Shown here one piece after another: positions 14,635-28,854 of a DNA stretch of 64,000 bases (positions within the stretch are counted from its first letter, which is position 1; every line of letters begins with the position of its first letter). Below the pieces are notes generated by a model, which did no database searches, was not told the origin of the DNA, and worked only from the letters and a program-made list of their open reading frames with translations. Position numbers and translations under genes: made by a program. The DNA is from Octopus bimaculoides. Its lineage: Eukaryota. The stretch lies in assembly GCF_001194135.2 (NCBI RefSeq), contig NC_068997.1, forward strand, positions 54,924,538-54,988,537, read 5' to 3'.

Positions 14635-15521
14635 AGTACGCTTCGATGGATGTGTAATGTCAGTGTGCATACTCAACAGAGTGTATAAATACCTTGAGAG
14701 GAAACTTGGACCTAAGAAGCATCAGTTGTGGTGTGCAAGAGAGACGATTGCACTGGTATGGTCATGTGACAAGAATGGATGAGGATAGCTGTGTGAAAAA
14801 GTGCCACACCCTAGCAGTTGAGGGAACATGTGGAAGAGGAAGACCTGGGATGAGGTGGTGAAGCACGACTTTCGAACATTAGGCCTCTCGGAGGCAATAT
14901 CTAATGACCGAGACCTTTGGAAATATGCTGTGTGAGAGAAGACCAGGCAAGCCAAGTGAGACCATAATCCGTGGCCTCTGCCAGGGGTGTAGCCAGCCCA
15001 CTTATTCATACCTTTACTTCATTGGACACTAAACTCTGCTTGTGAAGACCTGTTGGGGCAAGTGAAATTGAAATCGTAATGGAACCAAATTCGGTGACTG
15101 GCACCCATGCCAGTGGAGTGCTAACAGCACCGTCCAATCGTGATCATTGCCAGAAGCGGCTGTCTGGCTTCCAGAAATAGCACCATTTGAGCGTGATCGT
15201 TACCAGCGTCGCCTTGCTGGCACTTGTGCCGGTGGCACATGATAATACATTCAGGCGAGGTCATTGCCAGTGCCACTGGACTGGCTCCTGTGCAGGTGAC
15301 ACATAAAAAACACCATTTGAGCGTGGCCAGTGCCAGTACTGCCTGACTGGCACCCACTACACTCTCGGAGTGGTTGGCGTTAGGAAGAGCATCCAGCTGT
15401 AGAAACTCTGCCAGATCGGATTGGAGCCTGGTGCAGCCATCTGGTCCGCCAGTCCTCAGTCAAATTGTCCAACCCATGCTAGCATGGAAAGCGGACGTTA
15501 AACAATGATGATGATGATGAT
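14635..15521 (+). mobile_element. 5'-truncated RTE LINE (ORF C-terminus plus 3'UTR and (GAT)n tail)
   Basis: LRWMCNVSVH...VQERRLHWYGHVTRMDEDSCVKKCHTLAVEGTCGRG..WDEVVKHD...DRDLWKYAV.EKTRQAK* (stop 14957-14959), with frameshifts. 3'UTR shared with the other RTE copies. Confidence 0.92.
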
Positions 15522-16726
15522 TATTATTATTTAGTCACTAACTTTTTCTTGATCCAAAATATGGCCATCATATCAGCCTTTTCTGCCATGTGGACTCATT
15601 CTTGAATCATTTAAAGCAGTAGGACTTACCAATTTCTTTTCATGCCTGGAAAATTTGTTAGGATACTCTCGGTTGTTATCATTCTTATAATGTTTTAACC
15701 AGTTAAAGTTAAATAACAGAACATTCATTCCATTTAAAAGGAAGCAACAGCAATGGCTACAGTCGTTCAGTTTAATCACTCTGCAACCAAAGATTCAATG
15801 AAGGGATTTAGTGCAGTTTAAATGTTGGTTCAGTGTCAGTCTCTCTGACATGGCTGCTACACCTATTGTGCATCTGATTATACATGGGTTTACTCTCACA
15901 GACACTTCAGGCTAATCTGAAACAACGTTCACCCCCACCACCACTCTCCACTCTCACTCTTTCTAAATCTTATTCTCAATATCTAAGTAGCTTTGTTCAC
16001 TTCTGTCTGTACAATATACCATGTAATATTTGACACACAACGATATGATGTAATATTTCCAGAGAGAACTCACCAGTAAACTAATCTTTATTTCTAACAT
16101 TTTCATAGAAAGTTTTTAGTTGCATAGTTAAACATCTAACAAGAAGACAAACCAGCCATTTACTTCCATTTCCCAGTCGTAATCATTCTACTTCCATTAC
16201 GAATACTTTTGTAAAACGAATACACGTCACGTAATTGCATCCAATCCTCGCTTGCAAATCCTAAGTCTCGTATTTATAAACAAAATTAATAACGCAAATA
16301 AATGCTTTTACTCAAAGCAAGAAATCTTAAAGGTCAAAGGAAGTTACAATTTTACCGTACAAAGCTACTGATGTTCTAGAAAAACAAGACAAAAGCAGCT
16401 TGGAATACTTAGATTGAAGTGGGGGCCAGGAAATGTTTAAGCCTATCAATTATATTCTCAGCAATTAGATTGTAACATATCTGAGGTGTGTTCAACATCA
16501 CTGCTTTATTTAGGTATTGGAATTGGTACATATTTAATGGATTTAGGAAATGAATTTAAAATGATATAGGAAGTTGGAATCAAAATTTGGCCTTTTACAT
16601 GTATTGCTTCTACTGTTCATACGAACATATATACACGTACATACATACATACACACACATATATTCAAACATAATTTGTTTTTGCATCCATTTTTTCCAT
16701 GTTAGCATGGGTTAGATGAATATATT

Positions 16727-16938
16727 CTTTTCTACTCTAGGCACAAGGCCCAAAAGTTTTGGGGAGGGGGGGGGCAATCAGTTTCATCAACCACAGTATG
16801 CAACTGGTACGTAATTTCTCAACCCTGAAACGATGAAAGGCAAAGTTGACTTCAGCGGAATTTGAACTCAGAACATAAAGACAGACGAAATTCCGCAAAG
16901 CATTTTGCCTGGCATGTTAATATTTCTGTCAGTTCCCC
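16727..16938 (-). mobile_element. Family B SINE with 10-bp TSD
   Basis: tgaatatatt at 16717-16726 and 16939-16948. Body ggcaaagttgacttcagcggaatttgaactcagaac. Confidence 0.9.
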
Positions 16939-19699
16939 TGAATATATTATTGATGCATTGTTTTACAGTTGGATGCTCTTCCTGTTGCTAATGCTTACCA
17001 GTTTTTCAAGTCAGAGATCTCTTATTGCACATGTGTTTGAAAGCAGACAATTTGACAGGAATTTGACACCATACTTCACTGTTTGTAACTCAACAGTTTT
17101 TCATTCAAACTACACAGATTGTGTGCTTTAATTTGCTTGGGTGGATTTTCGGAACAGATGGTGGGAGGTTAATATGGAGAATGAAATGCATATTCAAATA
17201 GGTGTTTCTGTTTAAAGTTTCTCAACGTGTGTATTTCTATATAATTCTCTACAATATATCATATTTTGTATTATTTTGTGAATTTAATTACTTATATATT
17301 TTAGTGTCTGTTGGTATGTATGGTTGTATGTGTGTGCATTTGTGTGTTTGTGTTAATTTATTTATTAGTGCAAACTTTTAGAAACTATAATGGCATATCA
17401 ACTTAGTGACTGAAAATTAAAATTAAGTTTCTTTAGATATATATATCATATGATGTGTATGTATATGTAGATATATGTATTTACGTTTATATACATATAA
17501 TTATTTATTTATATTTTATGTATATATATGTGTGTGTGTGTGTGTGTGTATGTAAGAACTGTATATTTCCATTTCATATACACTTATATTTGTTTATTTT
17601 TATGGGTTAAATTCAATGGAAAATACTTGAAATAGATATTAATATAAGTTGTGATATTTTTTACTTCTTATATTTCATTGCATTTTAATATACAAAATGT
17701 AAGTTTGTGACTGCATACATGTGTGCATGCACGTGTATGTGTGTGTGTGTCAATTTCTATGTAATATACTAACATGAGGACATAAAAATATAAAATAGAA
17801 TCCATCTTGTTATTTATAGTTTTATGTATTCTAATGCACTCTAACAGCAAGCAGAAATATATTACATACACAAACACTCACATGGTAAATACAAGAATAT
17901 GATAAAAGTTTGTCCCCACTCCCTCTCTCCCCAAGCATTATATTCAAACAGTTCTGTGGATTCCACCACCACCACTACCATATTTTGGTAAAAGCTATAC
18001 TTTACGGTTGTAGTTGTTCCAACATTGACTGCTGTCAGAAGATTGAAAACTCAGAAACATGATCCGAGGAGTAACAGTAGAAGACACATGTCCTAGGTGC
18101 CAACACAGTGGGACTGAACCCAGAACCATGTGGTTAGTAAGCAAGCTGCTTACCCCAAACACACACACGTGTGTATATGCATGTTACAGAGTCTCTGTTG
18201 GTCCGAGTTTGATTTGGCATCTGCCCATGAATATGCTGGGTATGGTTCTTTGAGGAGGACTTGGCCAAGTAAAGCATTTCAGCCACAGGCAGAGCATATC
18301 TGGGAATACATTATCAACTATATCCTTTTTAAGATCATTATGCACGACTTGAGGGAAATTTGATGTTATTTCTATTTCCTTCATTAACTCATATATTGCT
18401 GGTAACTTGATTTCACCTACAATTTCTTCTATTATCTCAGTTAAATGATGTTAGGCAGGAAGAATGAAGTGTCTTGCTGGAGACACATTATGTACAGAAA
18501 TTCTGAGATGAACTGGTGCCAAGTCCACTTCTGTCAAGTGACATAAAGGATGATGTGGAATGGAAATCTCCCAGATGAAATAAATAGGAGCACATAGAAA
18601 AACATTACAAAGTTATACACACACACACACGCACTTACACATACACAGAAATAGTTAGGTAAATACTGGAGATTGATTACACACACACACACACACACTC
18701 ATATATGCTACAGAATGCATTATATGTCAATGTATTGTAATTCATTATAAGAGGTAAAATTAATAACAGAAAGTAATTATATGTAAACAGAATATAAGCA
18801 TTATATTCACAAAAGAAAATTACATTTATTCTTATTTATTATTATAGACATAGAAATGTAATGTCGTTATGATGGCCAGCTTGCTTTGCTCTTCTCTAAT
18901 GAAGCAAAGCTATGTTACAGAGATGGCTATTCAAAAGGTTGGCACACATATTCAGTGCACAATGTAGAAGTTCTCCCTCGCTCTCACTCACCCACTCAAT
19001 GTATTTAATTCATTATGGTGTGTGAATGGGTGTGTAGAAATGTATGTGTGTATGTTTATGTATGAATATGTATATATACACACATACAAACATGGTTATA
19101 CTCAATATTATGATGACTTCCATCACATATGCATATTCAAAAGTATATATGTGTAAATGTATATATCTATGCATCTGTGTGTGTGTGCATGTACACACTT
19201 ATATGTGTTGTGTGTGTTTTTGTTGCATTATATAAGCCAACAAGAATCAAGAGAACTCAATTTACATGGAAGAATAATACGAGCGTAGATGTACAGCTTG
19301 CTATCAGTTTTGTGCTTGAACTAGACTCTGTCTAGGGTCTTAGAACCTGTACAAGTTTACCTTTGAATAATCTTCAGATATGATTGAAAGCAAAAATGGT
19401 TATCCAATGTAATCCCAAAATAAAAACCGGAAAAAAAGTGCATGACAAGTGAAATGAAACAAGAACAAAGAAAAGAGGTAAAATATTGATATATGAATGG
19501 ATGAGGGTTATTTTAGACAAATGTTTTACAACTCTATGTCATCTTTCAAAAAAAAACAGGCAAGCGAACATCTGTGGCATTGGTAAGTCATGTATGATGT
19601 CGGAAAGATAGAAATGGAGAATGGTAAAGAAATCAAAGAGAAGTTGGAAGTTTTATAAGCTGAAAAACATCTACAGACAATCCACACTTCTAACTCTAA

Positions 19700-20540
19700 A
19701 CTATCTCAAGTAATACTCAGATATTTCCCTCACAACATGAGTTGCACTCAGCTAGAAGCTTTCAACTTACTCCACATCCTGGGACTCACTATGACTGAAT
19801 CTTTCTTGCAAAAGCTTACTGTTATCATTGGCAGGATTGCATTCCAAGTCCATCTGACCTTCTTTAGTGCCAGAATATATTCTTTTCTACTCTAGGCACA
19901 AGGCCTGAAATTTTGTGGGAGGGGGCAGTTGATTAGCTCGATCCTAGTATACAACTGGTACTTAATTTATTGACCCCGAAAAATGAAAGGCAAAGTTAAC
20001 CTCAGCAGAATTTGAACTCATAATGTAGTGGCAGACGAAATACCACTAAGCATTTTGCCCGGCATGCTAACGTTTCTGCCAGCTTGCTGCCCTAAGGGCC
20101 AGAATATATCACTCTCCAAGGTTTAAGTGAGGCCCATACTGGAGTCCTTCCACTCACATCTGGGATGCTATTGCCGCTATGCAAACCAAAATGCTGGGGT
20201 GTATCAAGAAAAGGGCCTCTTGGATGTTTGGAACTTCATCATTAATAGACACACACCAACCATTCATCCACAAGCATGCTGTTTCTCCTCCCTGTCATTT
20301 CTATTGTGCTACTCTAATGGCCTGTGTTCCTCAAAGTTGGTTGATTTTCTACTTCCAGCACTTAAGCACCTCTGACCCGCTGGTCTGTCCACCTCTTGTT
20401 ACTCTGATGTGTAAATACTCTTCATTCCTGCCAACCTGGCACTATCCCCCCCAGTTGTCTCTCTCTCTCCAGAAAACCAGGCAGTTTGGATCTTTTCCTT
20501 ACTGCCGTTGGCCTGCAGCATTTTAAATAAAACATTAATG
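19700..20540 (+). pseudogene. CR1/Jockey-group LINE RT C-terminal relic, interrupted by a SINE
   Basis: LHILGLT..., VRPILE, MLGCIKKRA..., YSNGLCSSKLVD match the CR1-group patterns RPxLEY, LDRIQKRA and YNGLCSSEL. Many frameshifts. Confidence 0.6.
19881..20097 (-). mobile_element. Family B SINE with 12-bp TSD, nested in the CR1-like relic
   Basis: gccagaatatat at 19869-19880 and 20098-20109. Confidence 0.92.
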
Positions 20541-21559
20541 GTAACAGTCTTGTAGGTCTCAGAGGGTCTGTAACGATCATGAGTGCTGCCTTTCCCTCCA
20601 GATTCAGCAAGTAAAAAGAAAAAGAAGTACTGAATGCTAATGTAGTCATCACTGCCACCATCACCACCGCCTCCACCACCACTACCATCATCATCATCAT
20701 CATCAATTTACTAGAGGTCATTATGCCATCTCATTTCCTTATTTAAAGGGAAAACACTTACATTTCTTGACTTCCTGAAATGTTAATGGAAACACATTTG
20801 AAGAAATGTTATTTCTTGCTACTATCAGGTAATAACTGTTGCCATCTATTATTATGGTCTTTTTAAAAGAATCACTTTGTAACAAAGAACGTTTCTACTA
20901 TTTTGTTCAGTATGGTAACTTATATCGATGTTCAAATAGTGCTTTCTGTATCATAGCTTTATTTCCTACATGTAGCAGTGTTTGTAGTTTTTGATCATGT
21001 AGACCTAAAGTGAGTCAGCAGTTTGTTGAATGGTGATAACTCCAAGTCCAGTAAACTGCACTATCAAACTTTTGTTTGACTATAATATAAGTTTCTATAT
21101 TTCTATATATATAAGTCGGCAGCCTACAAGCTGACAAAACCTGGACACAAGTTCCAATACATTATATGTAATTATATTTGTCTCAGTTTACCTAACAAGA
21201 GAACATTTTCAAAGTTTTATGGTAAGTTATCTGAGTTTGGCTAACATTCTAGCCATGTGGTGATTTATCTGTCACCAATTTAACATTAAAGAGACCAAAA
21301 TCAATACAGGTCTTATGAAGAATATAGGTTTGTGAATATATTCAATTGAATAAATACAGACCTCTCTGCGTTCTTGTAATTGAAAGTCGAGGTGACTACA
21401 GTTCTGACAGCAGAGTTATCTAACAATGATTATTGCAGAAATGTCTTGCATATTACTGTGAGGAAAATATTGGACATTCCAAACATAAAGTATGCATTAA
21501 ATTGAATTTTTTAAATGCACATTTTTATACATACTTACACTCTGTGTAAACATGCGCAC

Positions 21560-21790
21560 AGACTTTGTTGTGTGGTTTGGGGTTTGGGGTTCAGTCTTAC
21601 TACTTGGTGCCTTGGGCAAGTTTCTTCTGCTATACAACCAAACTGACCAAACCCTCGTGATGGGACTTGGTAGACAGAAACTGAAAGAAGCTCATCTTGT
21701 GTGTGTATCTTAACATCACATGATAGCTATAAACAGTTTCACTGTCATAAAAGCAATGTGTGTCCATGTCTTCTTGCTTTGACGTCACAT
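21560..21790 (+). mobile_element. Family A SINE head and middle (degenerate)
   Basis: gggttcagtc..ccttgggcaagtttcttctgctata..ggtagacagaaactgaaagaagc. Confidence 0.7.
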
Positions 21791-21886
21791 GCTGATTATG
21801 CTGATTATGCTGATTATGCTGATTATGCTGATTATGCTGATTATGCTGATTATACTGATTATGCTGATTATGCTGATTATACTGAT
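21789..21886. repeat. 9-bp minisatellite (GCTGATTAT)~10
   Basis: Direct reading, with two ACTGAT variants. Confidence 0.95.
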
Positions 21887-22188
21887 CTGCAGTAATGTGT
21901 TGTATGATATGTTTTGCGAGTTCTAATTAGCTATTGATATAAAATACTGTAGTCTGTGAGTGAAAGTGTACAGTTGTTGAATTGCATAACCTTAAGCTCA
22001 GAAACTTACATATGAGGCGTCACTGTGAGATTATAAGTTTGCTACCCAACTACATTGCTTCAGGGTCAGCCGCACAGTGTAGTGGTATTGTGAGCAAGTG
22101 TTTTTTACTGGAGTCTCTGGCCAACCAAGCCTTGAGTACAATGGGTTGTGTTAACATGGTACCAGCAAGGTTTGTGTGGAACAGTTAT

Positions 22189-22246
22189 CGCTCTCTCTCT
22201 CTCTCTCTCTCTCTCGCTCTCTCTCGCTCTCTCTCTCTCTCTCTCG

Positions 22247-22325
<79 letters not shown>
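22189..22325. repeat. Compound (CT)n with CG interruptions plus (TA)n
   Basis: Direct reading. Confidence 0.95.
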
Positions 22326-23814
22326 CTCACATACACTTATATGAATGTGTATGTCAGTAAATATATATATATATGTGCATGCACCTCTGAAATGAAGATT
22401 TCTCTAAGTGCAGCTTACACCTTATCAGACCTTATCTAGTTAATATAACCACATCTCCTTATGTTACTGATCCACAGAAAGGAACAATTAGAAAAAAAGA
22501 TGTCTCTCATTTTATAAATATACTACCTTGATTCTTGTTATTCTTTCATCTGAAGCTCTGTGTATGTGTCTATATGTACACACTTACATGCTTACATATA
22601 TGTATTTTACCGTATTTGTTCCTGCTTCTAACGCGTACATACAGATATTTGTGTATATTGTGAGATTGTGCCTTTCTGTGACTTACCTAACACATTCAGA
22701 CACAGGGATATTTCCAGTTTACAGTATCCAATTTGTTTATCATGTTGTAAAAGACAACACACAGACACATGTAGCAGTACACAGATCTGCAGACATGCAC
22801 ATTCACACCAACAGACATTGCAATCAATGAAACACAAACAAAACAAACATATAATTGTAGTCTGTTGCTCTTAATTTGACTGCAAGTGAAGTTAAATGAG
22901 AATGTAGTCAAGCAAGAAATTGAATAAAAATTCTATTATGATTTGAATATCATTTTCTTCTTTCTTTTTTTTTCGACAGCACAAATCTTTAATTGGAATT
23001 TAGTTTTCGACCATTTTATACCGTGTTAACTATCATGATTTGCTTTGAAATTTAAAATGAAATTCAATTAGTGAAAGAAACACTTTGGTCATATATATAT
23101 ATATATATATATATATAGGTGAGAAAATATATATGTATGTATGTATAGATAGATAGATGGACAGACAGATAGATAGACAGAGAGACAGATATATATGTTC
23201 TAATTATTTTTATGGATAAGTTGCAGACAAACATTTATACATGTGTACTTGTGCCTCTCTTTCTCCCCCCTCTCTCTCTCTCTCTCTCTCTTTCATATAT
23301 ATATATATGTGTGTATGTATATCACATATGTGTAGAAATACATATCATTTCCAAAGCCCCTACCCTCGAAACAACACTGAGAAATATGCAGGATATTCAC
23401 AACCATTAAAGCAATTGATATCAATATAATAATGAATGGTAAGAAATCTCTCCTGTTCATTATTAGCTCATTTTGAATGAAGAAAGGTGATAACATTTTT
23501 GATGCCTGTGTGACAAGTGAGACTGAAGCTAAGGTTGGTGGCATTTGTACAATTTTGTTACACAAAAATACCTTCAGCTGCATACATATAAAATTGTGTA
23601 TAAACTGCTACAACCTGGGCAATATTAGGAAAAAAGCTGATGAAAACATTTTGGTGACTAAAATGAAAAACACCATCATAACTAATCTACACTTCTGCAG
23701 TATTTTACGCTCTTCATTTGATTTTCACATTATAAGTAAGTACTGTTTTTTTTTTTGTAGAGAATTAAATGATAGCATACAATATACATATATTTATTTA
23801 TATGTGTATATATG

Positions 23815-24110
23815 TGCACGAAGTGTGGCACCTTAGCATGTATCTCCTACTGCTGGATGAACAAAACTTTGTCAGGGATTTGGTTGATGGAAACTGATAG
23901 AAGCTTGTTGTGTGTGCATAGCTCCTTGTCTTGATTGGAAGCCCTCACTTCCAGTCTTCCATAAAAACTTGTCCAGCTATGTGGAAATATTACCCTCCTG
24001 CGAAATGGGTGTGAGTTTGTGACAGGAAAGCATCTAGCTGCAGAAAATGTTCTACAGGGAATTCTGTCTAATCCATGCAAGTTTGGAAAAAGAAGACATC
24101 GAAACAATGA
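23815..24110 (+). mobile_element. Family A SINE with RTE-like tail
   Basis: gatggaaactgatagaagc..ggaaatattaccctcc..gacaggaaagcatctagctgcagaaaat..ccatgcaagtttggaaaa..gaaacaatgat. Confidence 0.7.
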
Positions 24111-24483
24111 TACAAAGTTCTGAACCAGCTTCTATGGAATTTAATTACAACTAAGTACAATTATGAGAGAAATTCAAAGCCCAATAATATATAATAAGTG
24201 TTTTAGTCCTCCACCATACCTCTAATTTCAGGTAACTTCTGTTCTAATGAAAAATTAAATGAATACCTATATATGAAGAGAATTCTCACCATCTCCCTTT
24301 CAATCATAAAAAAAAAACAAAAAAAAAACATTGTCAGCAACTTTTCCAAGATAGTATTGATTATATTCTCTCGAAAAAATAAAAAAAGTTGATTTGCACA
24401 AATTATAACGAGGTGTTGAGCAAAAGTGGATTTAAAAGAGAAACTGAAGTGGTTTCATGAATGAAATCCAGAAAATAATAAAA

Positions 24484-24672
24484 CCAGAAAAAGAAAATCC
24501 ATCTGGCTTAATCTGCCCTTTAGCATGAATGTAATAAAGAATATAACTAAAAACCTGATAGCAATGATGCAAAAATAAAAAATAAATAAAATAAACCTTT
24601 TTTTTCTTAACCGCAAGCTTTTTAATAAAATCAAAATAAAACTCAGCAACAGGCATTTCGAAAACATTGCCA
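24484..24672 (+). pseudogene. Penelope-like RT/endonuclease linker relic
   Basis: RKRKSIWLNLPFSMNVIKNI ... KLFNKIKIKLSN matches the Penelope pattern RKRNIIWFNPPYS.NV.TNI...KIFN.NT.KLSYS. Confidence 0.55.
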
Positions 24673-26619
24673 CTGTTGTAGTTTGATGTGATTGTTTTAA
24701 TTATACAGTTGTGAACAAGACAGACCAACCCCAAAAATGTAACACAACACTCTGTACACAGTCAGTGGAATAAGGTCAAGGGCCTCTGAAAGGTTTTAGA
24801 GTGCAATGTATTATTCAAAGATGGTACTTAAAAGATTGATGTCAGAATCAAAGAAATCAAAAAAGGTATCTAAAAGAATTTAAATGTAAAAGGAAAAAAA
24901 ATATGTCTAACTTTCCCATTGTATTTACATATTAATTATATTAAACATGGAAACTGTTGTAATTTATGCAAAGAACAGTTTAATCTATAAGAAACTACTA
25001 GAAATTTCAAGGATGATGGTAATAACGAGAAGAAAAGATGTTTGTTTTGGCACAAGGTCACAATTTGGTGGAGAAGCCACTGGTGCATGAACCTCAGTTT
25101 CAAGACTTGTAAAGCTACAAATTATCTGGATCTCTGTGATAATCAAAACTGGGAGTACAAGAATTTCCACTGAATAGGATTTTAATGCATCACAGGGTTA
25201 ACTCCTTCCATTGGTTCTTATTTCTGGCAGAGTAGTCTGAGCGATATGAAATAAAAACACTTGCACCACCTGGCTTGAGGGTTGTACTCATAACCTGACA
25301 ATTACGGACCCAGCTCCTTAACCATTAAACCCCGTGTATAAAGCAATAGCTGAAAAGACACTTGTCTTTTCATTGTGTCTTTTTTTTTTTATTCTCTCTC
25401 AAATCAGTTCTGAATTATTGCAGTTTTCCCCAGTTTCCTCCAGTTTTATCAACTCATCTGATGTTACAAAACTTCTTTTTGATTTTTTTTTTTTCTTAAT
25501 TCCCTGTGAATTGTAATCAAAATAATATTAGCAATCATGATGAAAAGTGAAACTATCATAGACTACAGTCACCTTAACTGTGATGTTTCATGCATTGTAG
25601 AAATTAATAAAATAAAATCTATTCCTATATCAACATTCAATATTGAAACAATATCTAGAGTGTAACTATTGTCTGACATTAAGAAAGGAAGCTGACTGAT
25701 ATATATGTGACTGACTGGTGAAGTCTTTGAAAAGTCTCCATGGCTAGCTGAATCGATATTGTGCAATCAAATATTTTCATATCTGTTTTGGAATTTGAGT
25801 TTGTTGTGTGTTGGAAAGTTATATAATTGTAACGTAAAGAAATATATCAAATACTTCCATGTAAGTGATAATATCCATCAATGGATTTTCTCATAGAACA
25901 CGTTATCACGTTAACATGTGTGATAACAGTAGAACATGTAACAACATTAACGTGTGATAACAGTATGAGGTAGTGTTGGAGTAAACTAGAAATGTTTGTC
26001 TAATTAATCCACTAATGACTCCAGTGGAGGACAGAATTTGTAGAGGGACCCCTTATAGTATTTAATTACATTCTCATTTATATTAAATTTAAGGCTGATG
26101 GGAGAAGTGGCCACCTGTTTTGTTCATCCTTCCTGGGTTAATAATATTATATACCAGTCATATTCTGAGGTTGATTTAATCACCTACACCCAACAACACT
26201 CCTTCACCAAAAATATGTCAATATCAAAAATGTTTATTTTGAGTTAAAATGTTTCATTTTGAATTCAAATTGTGCTGAGGTTGATGAAATCTGTGTGGGT
26301 CAAATTGATGAACTATATCTCTCCCTGAAATGTGTGCTGTATATGTAAGGCCTTAGCGTTCATTAAAACCATACCTTGCCACTGAATCTGTTGTCCTGTG
26401 CCTCTGGAAATATTTTTATCACTGAGGATTTAGGCTGGCAGATTAACTGAAGTATTAGAGTATTGGACAAAATGTGGTGCAACATCCTTGTGAGTTCAAA
26501 TACTGCCAAAGACGACATGTCTCTCACTCCCTTGGGATCAATAAAATAAAGTACCAGTCAAGGACTAGAGTCAATTTGATGAACCCCTTGCTCTAAAATA
26601 TCTCTATGAGATAATGCAA

Positions 26620-26975
26620 ACATATGATAAGAAGTTTGCTTTCCAGCCACATGGTCTTGGGTTCAATCACACTTCATGTTACCATGGGCAAGTGACTTCT
26701 ATTATAGGCTGACCAAAGCCTTGTGAGTAGATAGAAACTGATTCTGCATATGTGTGTGTATCTTCTTTCTGTGTTTGTCTCCCACCACTGCTTGACAACC
26801 TGTGTTAGTTTTTTTACACCTCATAACAAAGCAGTTCAGCAAAAGAGATTGATAGAATAAATACTAGGTTTTAAAGAAAAGTATCGGGGTCAATTCCTTT
26901 GACTAAAAATTCTTTAAGGGTGGTGCTCCAGCATGGCTGCAGTCTCATGACTGAAACAAGTAAAAGATAAAAGAA
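26620..26975 (+). mobile_element. Family A SINE with non-RTE tail (A1)
   Basis: Same head as 1763. Tail ccaccactgcttgacaacc..gatagaataa..ggtgctccagcatggctgcagtc..tgactgaaacaagtaaaagataaaaga. Confidence 0.8.
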
Positions 26976-27809
26976 GTGAAAAACAAAATAGATGTATATC
27001 TCAGGAATTGAACCGGATTCCCTTTGGTTCAAAGATAAATGCTTTGCTTATGTCTGAAATGAAGTCGCAAAGCTGTTGTAGTCACTGATTTAGTGAAAGC
27101 ATTAAATTGTGAAGCTGTCCACGTTAACAGCAACATAAGCCACCAACTGTGACGGATGTCAAGCAGAAAATTAACACCAAACACTGACAGACAGCAGAAT
27201 GTGTGACATATGTGAATGATGTACAGGTATTTATGGATCTGTGTATTTGCATTACTGGAGAGCAATAAGCTAACATGATTTATTAGAGTTCAAATGTCAG
27301 GTATAATTTACCCTTAAGGACTTAAGGGTAATTTATAAGATGAATCACAGTGGAATTCAAATTTGTTTCAGTGACATAACTGAATAGAACTTAACTAGAA
27401 TGTTGGGAGAACATGACACAATCATCACTAGCATCAACAGTATCATTAGTTATGCCTTCCCAATCAGTAACTAATCTATCCTAATATCAACAGACTTAAA
27501 TCAACTTAGGATATCATCTACTTTTACATAGGTTTCTATCAAAATTCATCATCTCGCATGCCTGAAGTACGCGGTTTAAAAATAACATTTTACATTTTTT
27601 GTATTATGCACATCTAATTTATGCTTATTTATATTCAGATACTAATGTGTTATGGTCCCAATGATGTTTCTTGGATGCTATTACTGTAGGCATAAATTTA
27701 GATTTAAGAACGTTAAACACATTCACAATTCTCAGTAAAATAAAAAATACTGTAATTTTGTTTTATTGCCAAACATCTGGCTTTCAAAGTGCAAACTGTC
27801 CGTCTGTTT

Positions 27810-28155
27810 TATCATCATCAGAGTTTAACGTCAACTTTTCCATATTTGCATGGTTCAGGCGGAATCTGGGAACAGATTTTCTACAGCCAGATCCCCTTCC
27901 TGTCACCAACTCTCACCTGTTCTAAAACAAGTAAATATTTCACCTTGGAAGACAAGGAGTGAATATCATTTGTACGATGGTGATACTCATTTACAGTCAT
28001 CACGTGATATCAAAACAAGTGTATGCACAGGCACACCCACACATAAAATGGGCATCTTTCAGTTTCCTTCCATCAAATCCGAGCCTGAAAGTACTATAGC
28101 CTGGCCTATAGAGGAAGGCTCAAGGCTACATGGTTGAGAAGCAAGCTTCTCTACT
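27810..28155 (-). mobile_element. Family A SINE with RTE-like tail
   Basis: Begins catcatcagagtttaacgtc (reverse tail), then ttttctacagccagatccccttcctgtcaccaac and catctttcagtttcc. Confidence 0.75.
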
Positions 28156-28854
28156 TGTCTGTCTTTCCTTTTCTCACTCTCACCCTCTTTTTCTCTATAC
28201 ACACACACACACACACATATAGAGAATATAGATTTTAAACCATTGAGCACAGTAATCCATGATAAGAAAGAATCTTATGTAACAGAAAAGCTCTTCTTTC
28301 AACATGGCCCAGCACAGGCTAATAACTGTGTGGGTTGGTGGTCTATATACACTGTATACATGGTTAGTGGGTCGGACAAAAGTGCAGGGCAGTGAAATAA
28401 ATAGTCATAATAATCATTATGACTATGAAAATACAAATATTAGAAAATAGAAGAAAATGGTTAAAGCAGACAAATACTGGTAGAAAAAGGCAACAGTAAG
28501 ATTGAAATGCACAGAGAGATAAGATGAAGGCTGTATTTGTGGGAATAGAAATGAACTGATATCGAGAAAATAAGATGAAGTTACTATATAGAGTTGAAAT
28601 AAGGAACAGATGAGTATTTGGAAGGGAAAGGGTGGTGGGTGGCTGGGTTGAAGGGAATGGCAAAGGTTACAAGGAATTTAAAGAGATTAAGGTTAAACAG
28701 CATTTGGATTATATAAGGTACTAGAAATAAGTGAGTGGGTGTAGCTGGGCTGTAGTGGTATTTTCTCTATATATATACGTATGAACAAGTATATGCATAT
28801 ATACACATGTGTGTACGTATATATATGCATATATATATAGATATAGATATATAT

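Noticed and set aside
15630-15780. Minus-strand exon candidate with a G|GTAAGT donor
   Set aside because: Phase incompatible with the phase-1 THSD7 donor, and the peptide is not recognisable.
24990-25170. FKDDG...TNYLDL as a Penelope RT fragment
   Set aside because: Weak similarity, and it lies downstream of the linker relic, which is the wrong order for one element.
25575-25680. ILLISTMH as a piggyBac transposase motif on the minus strand
   Set aside because: A single short motif with no supporting flanking similarity or TIRs.
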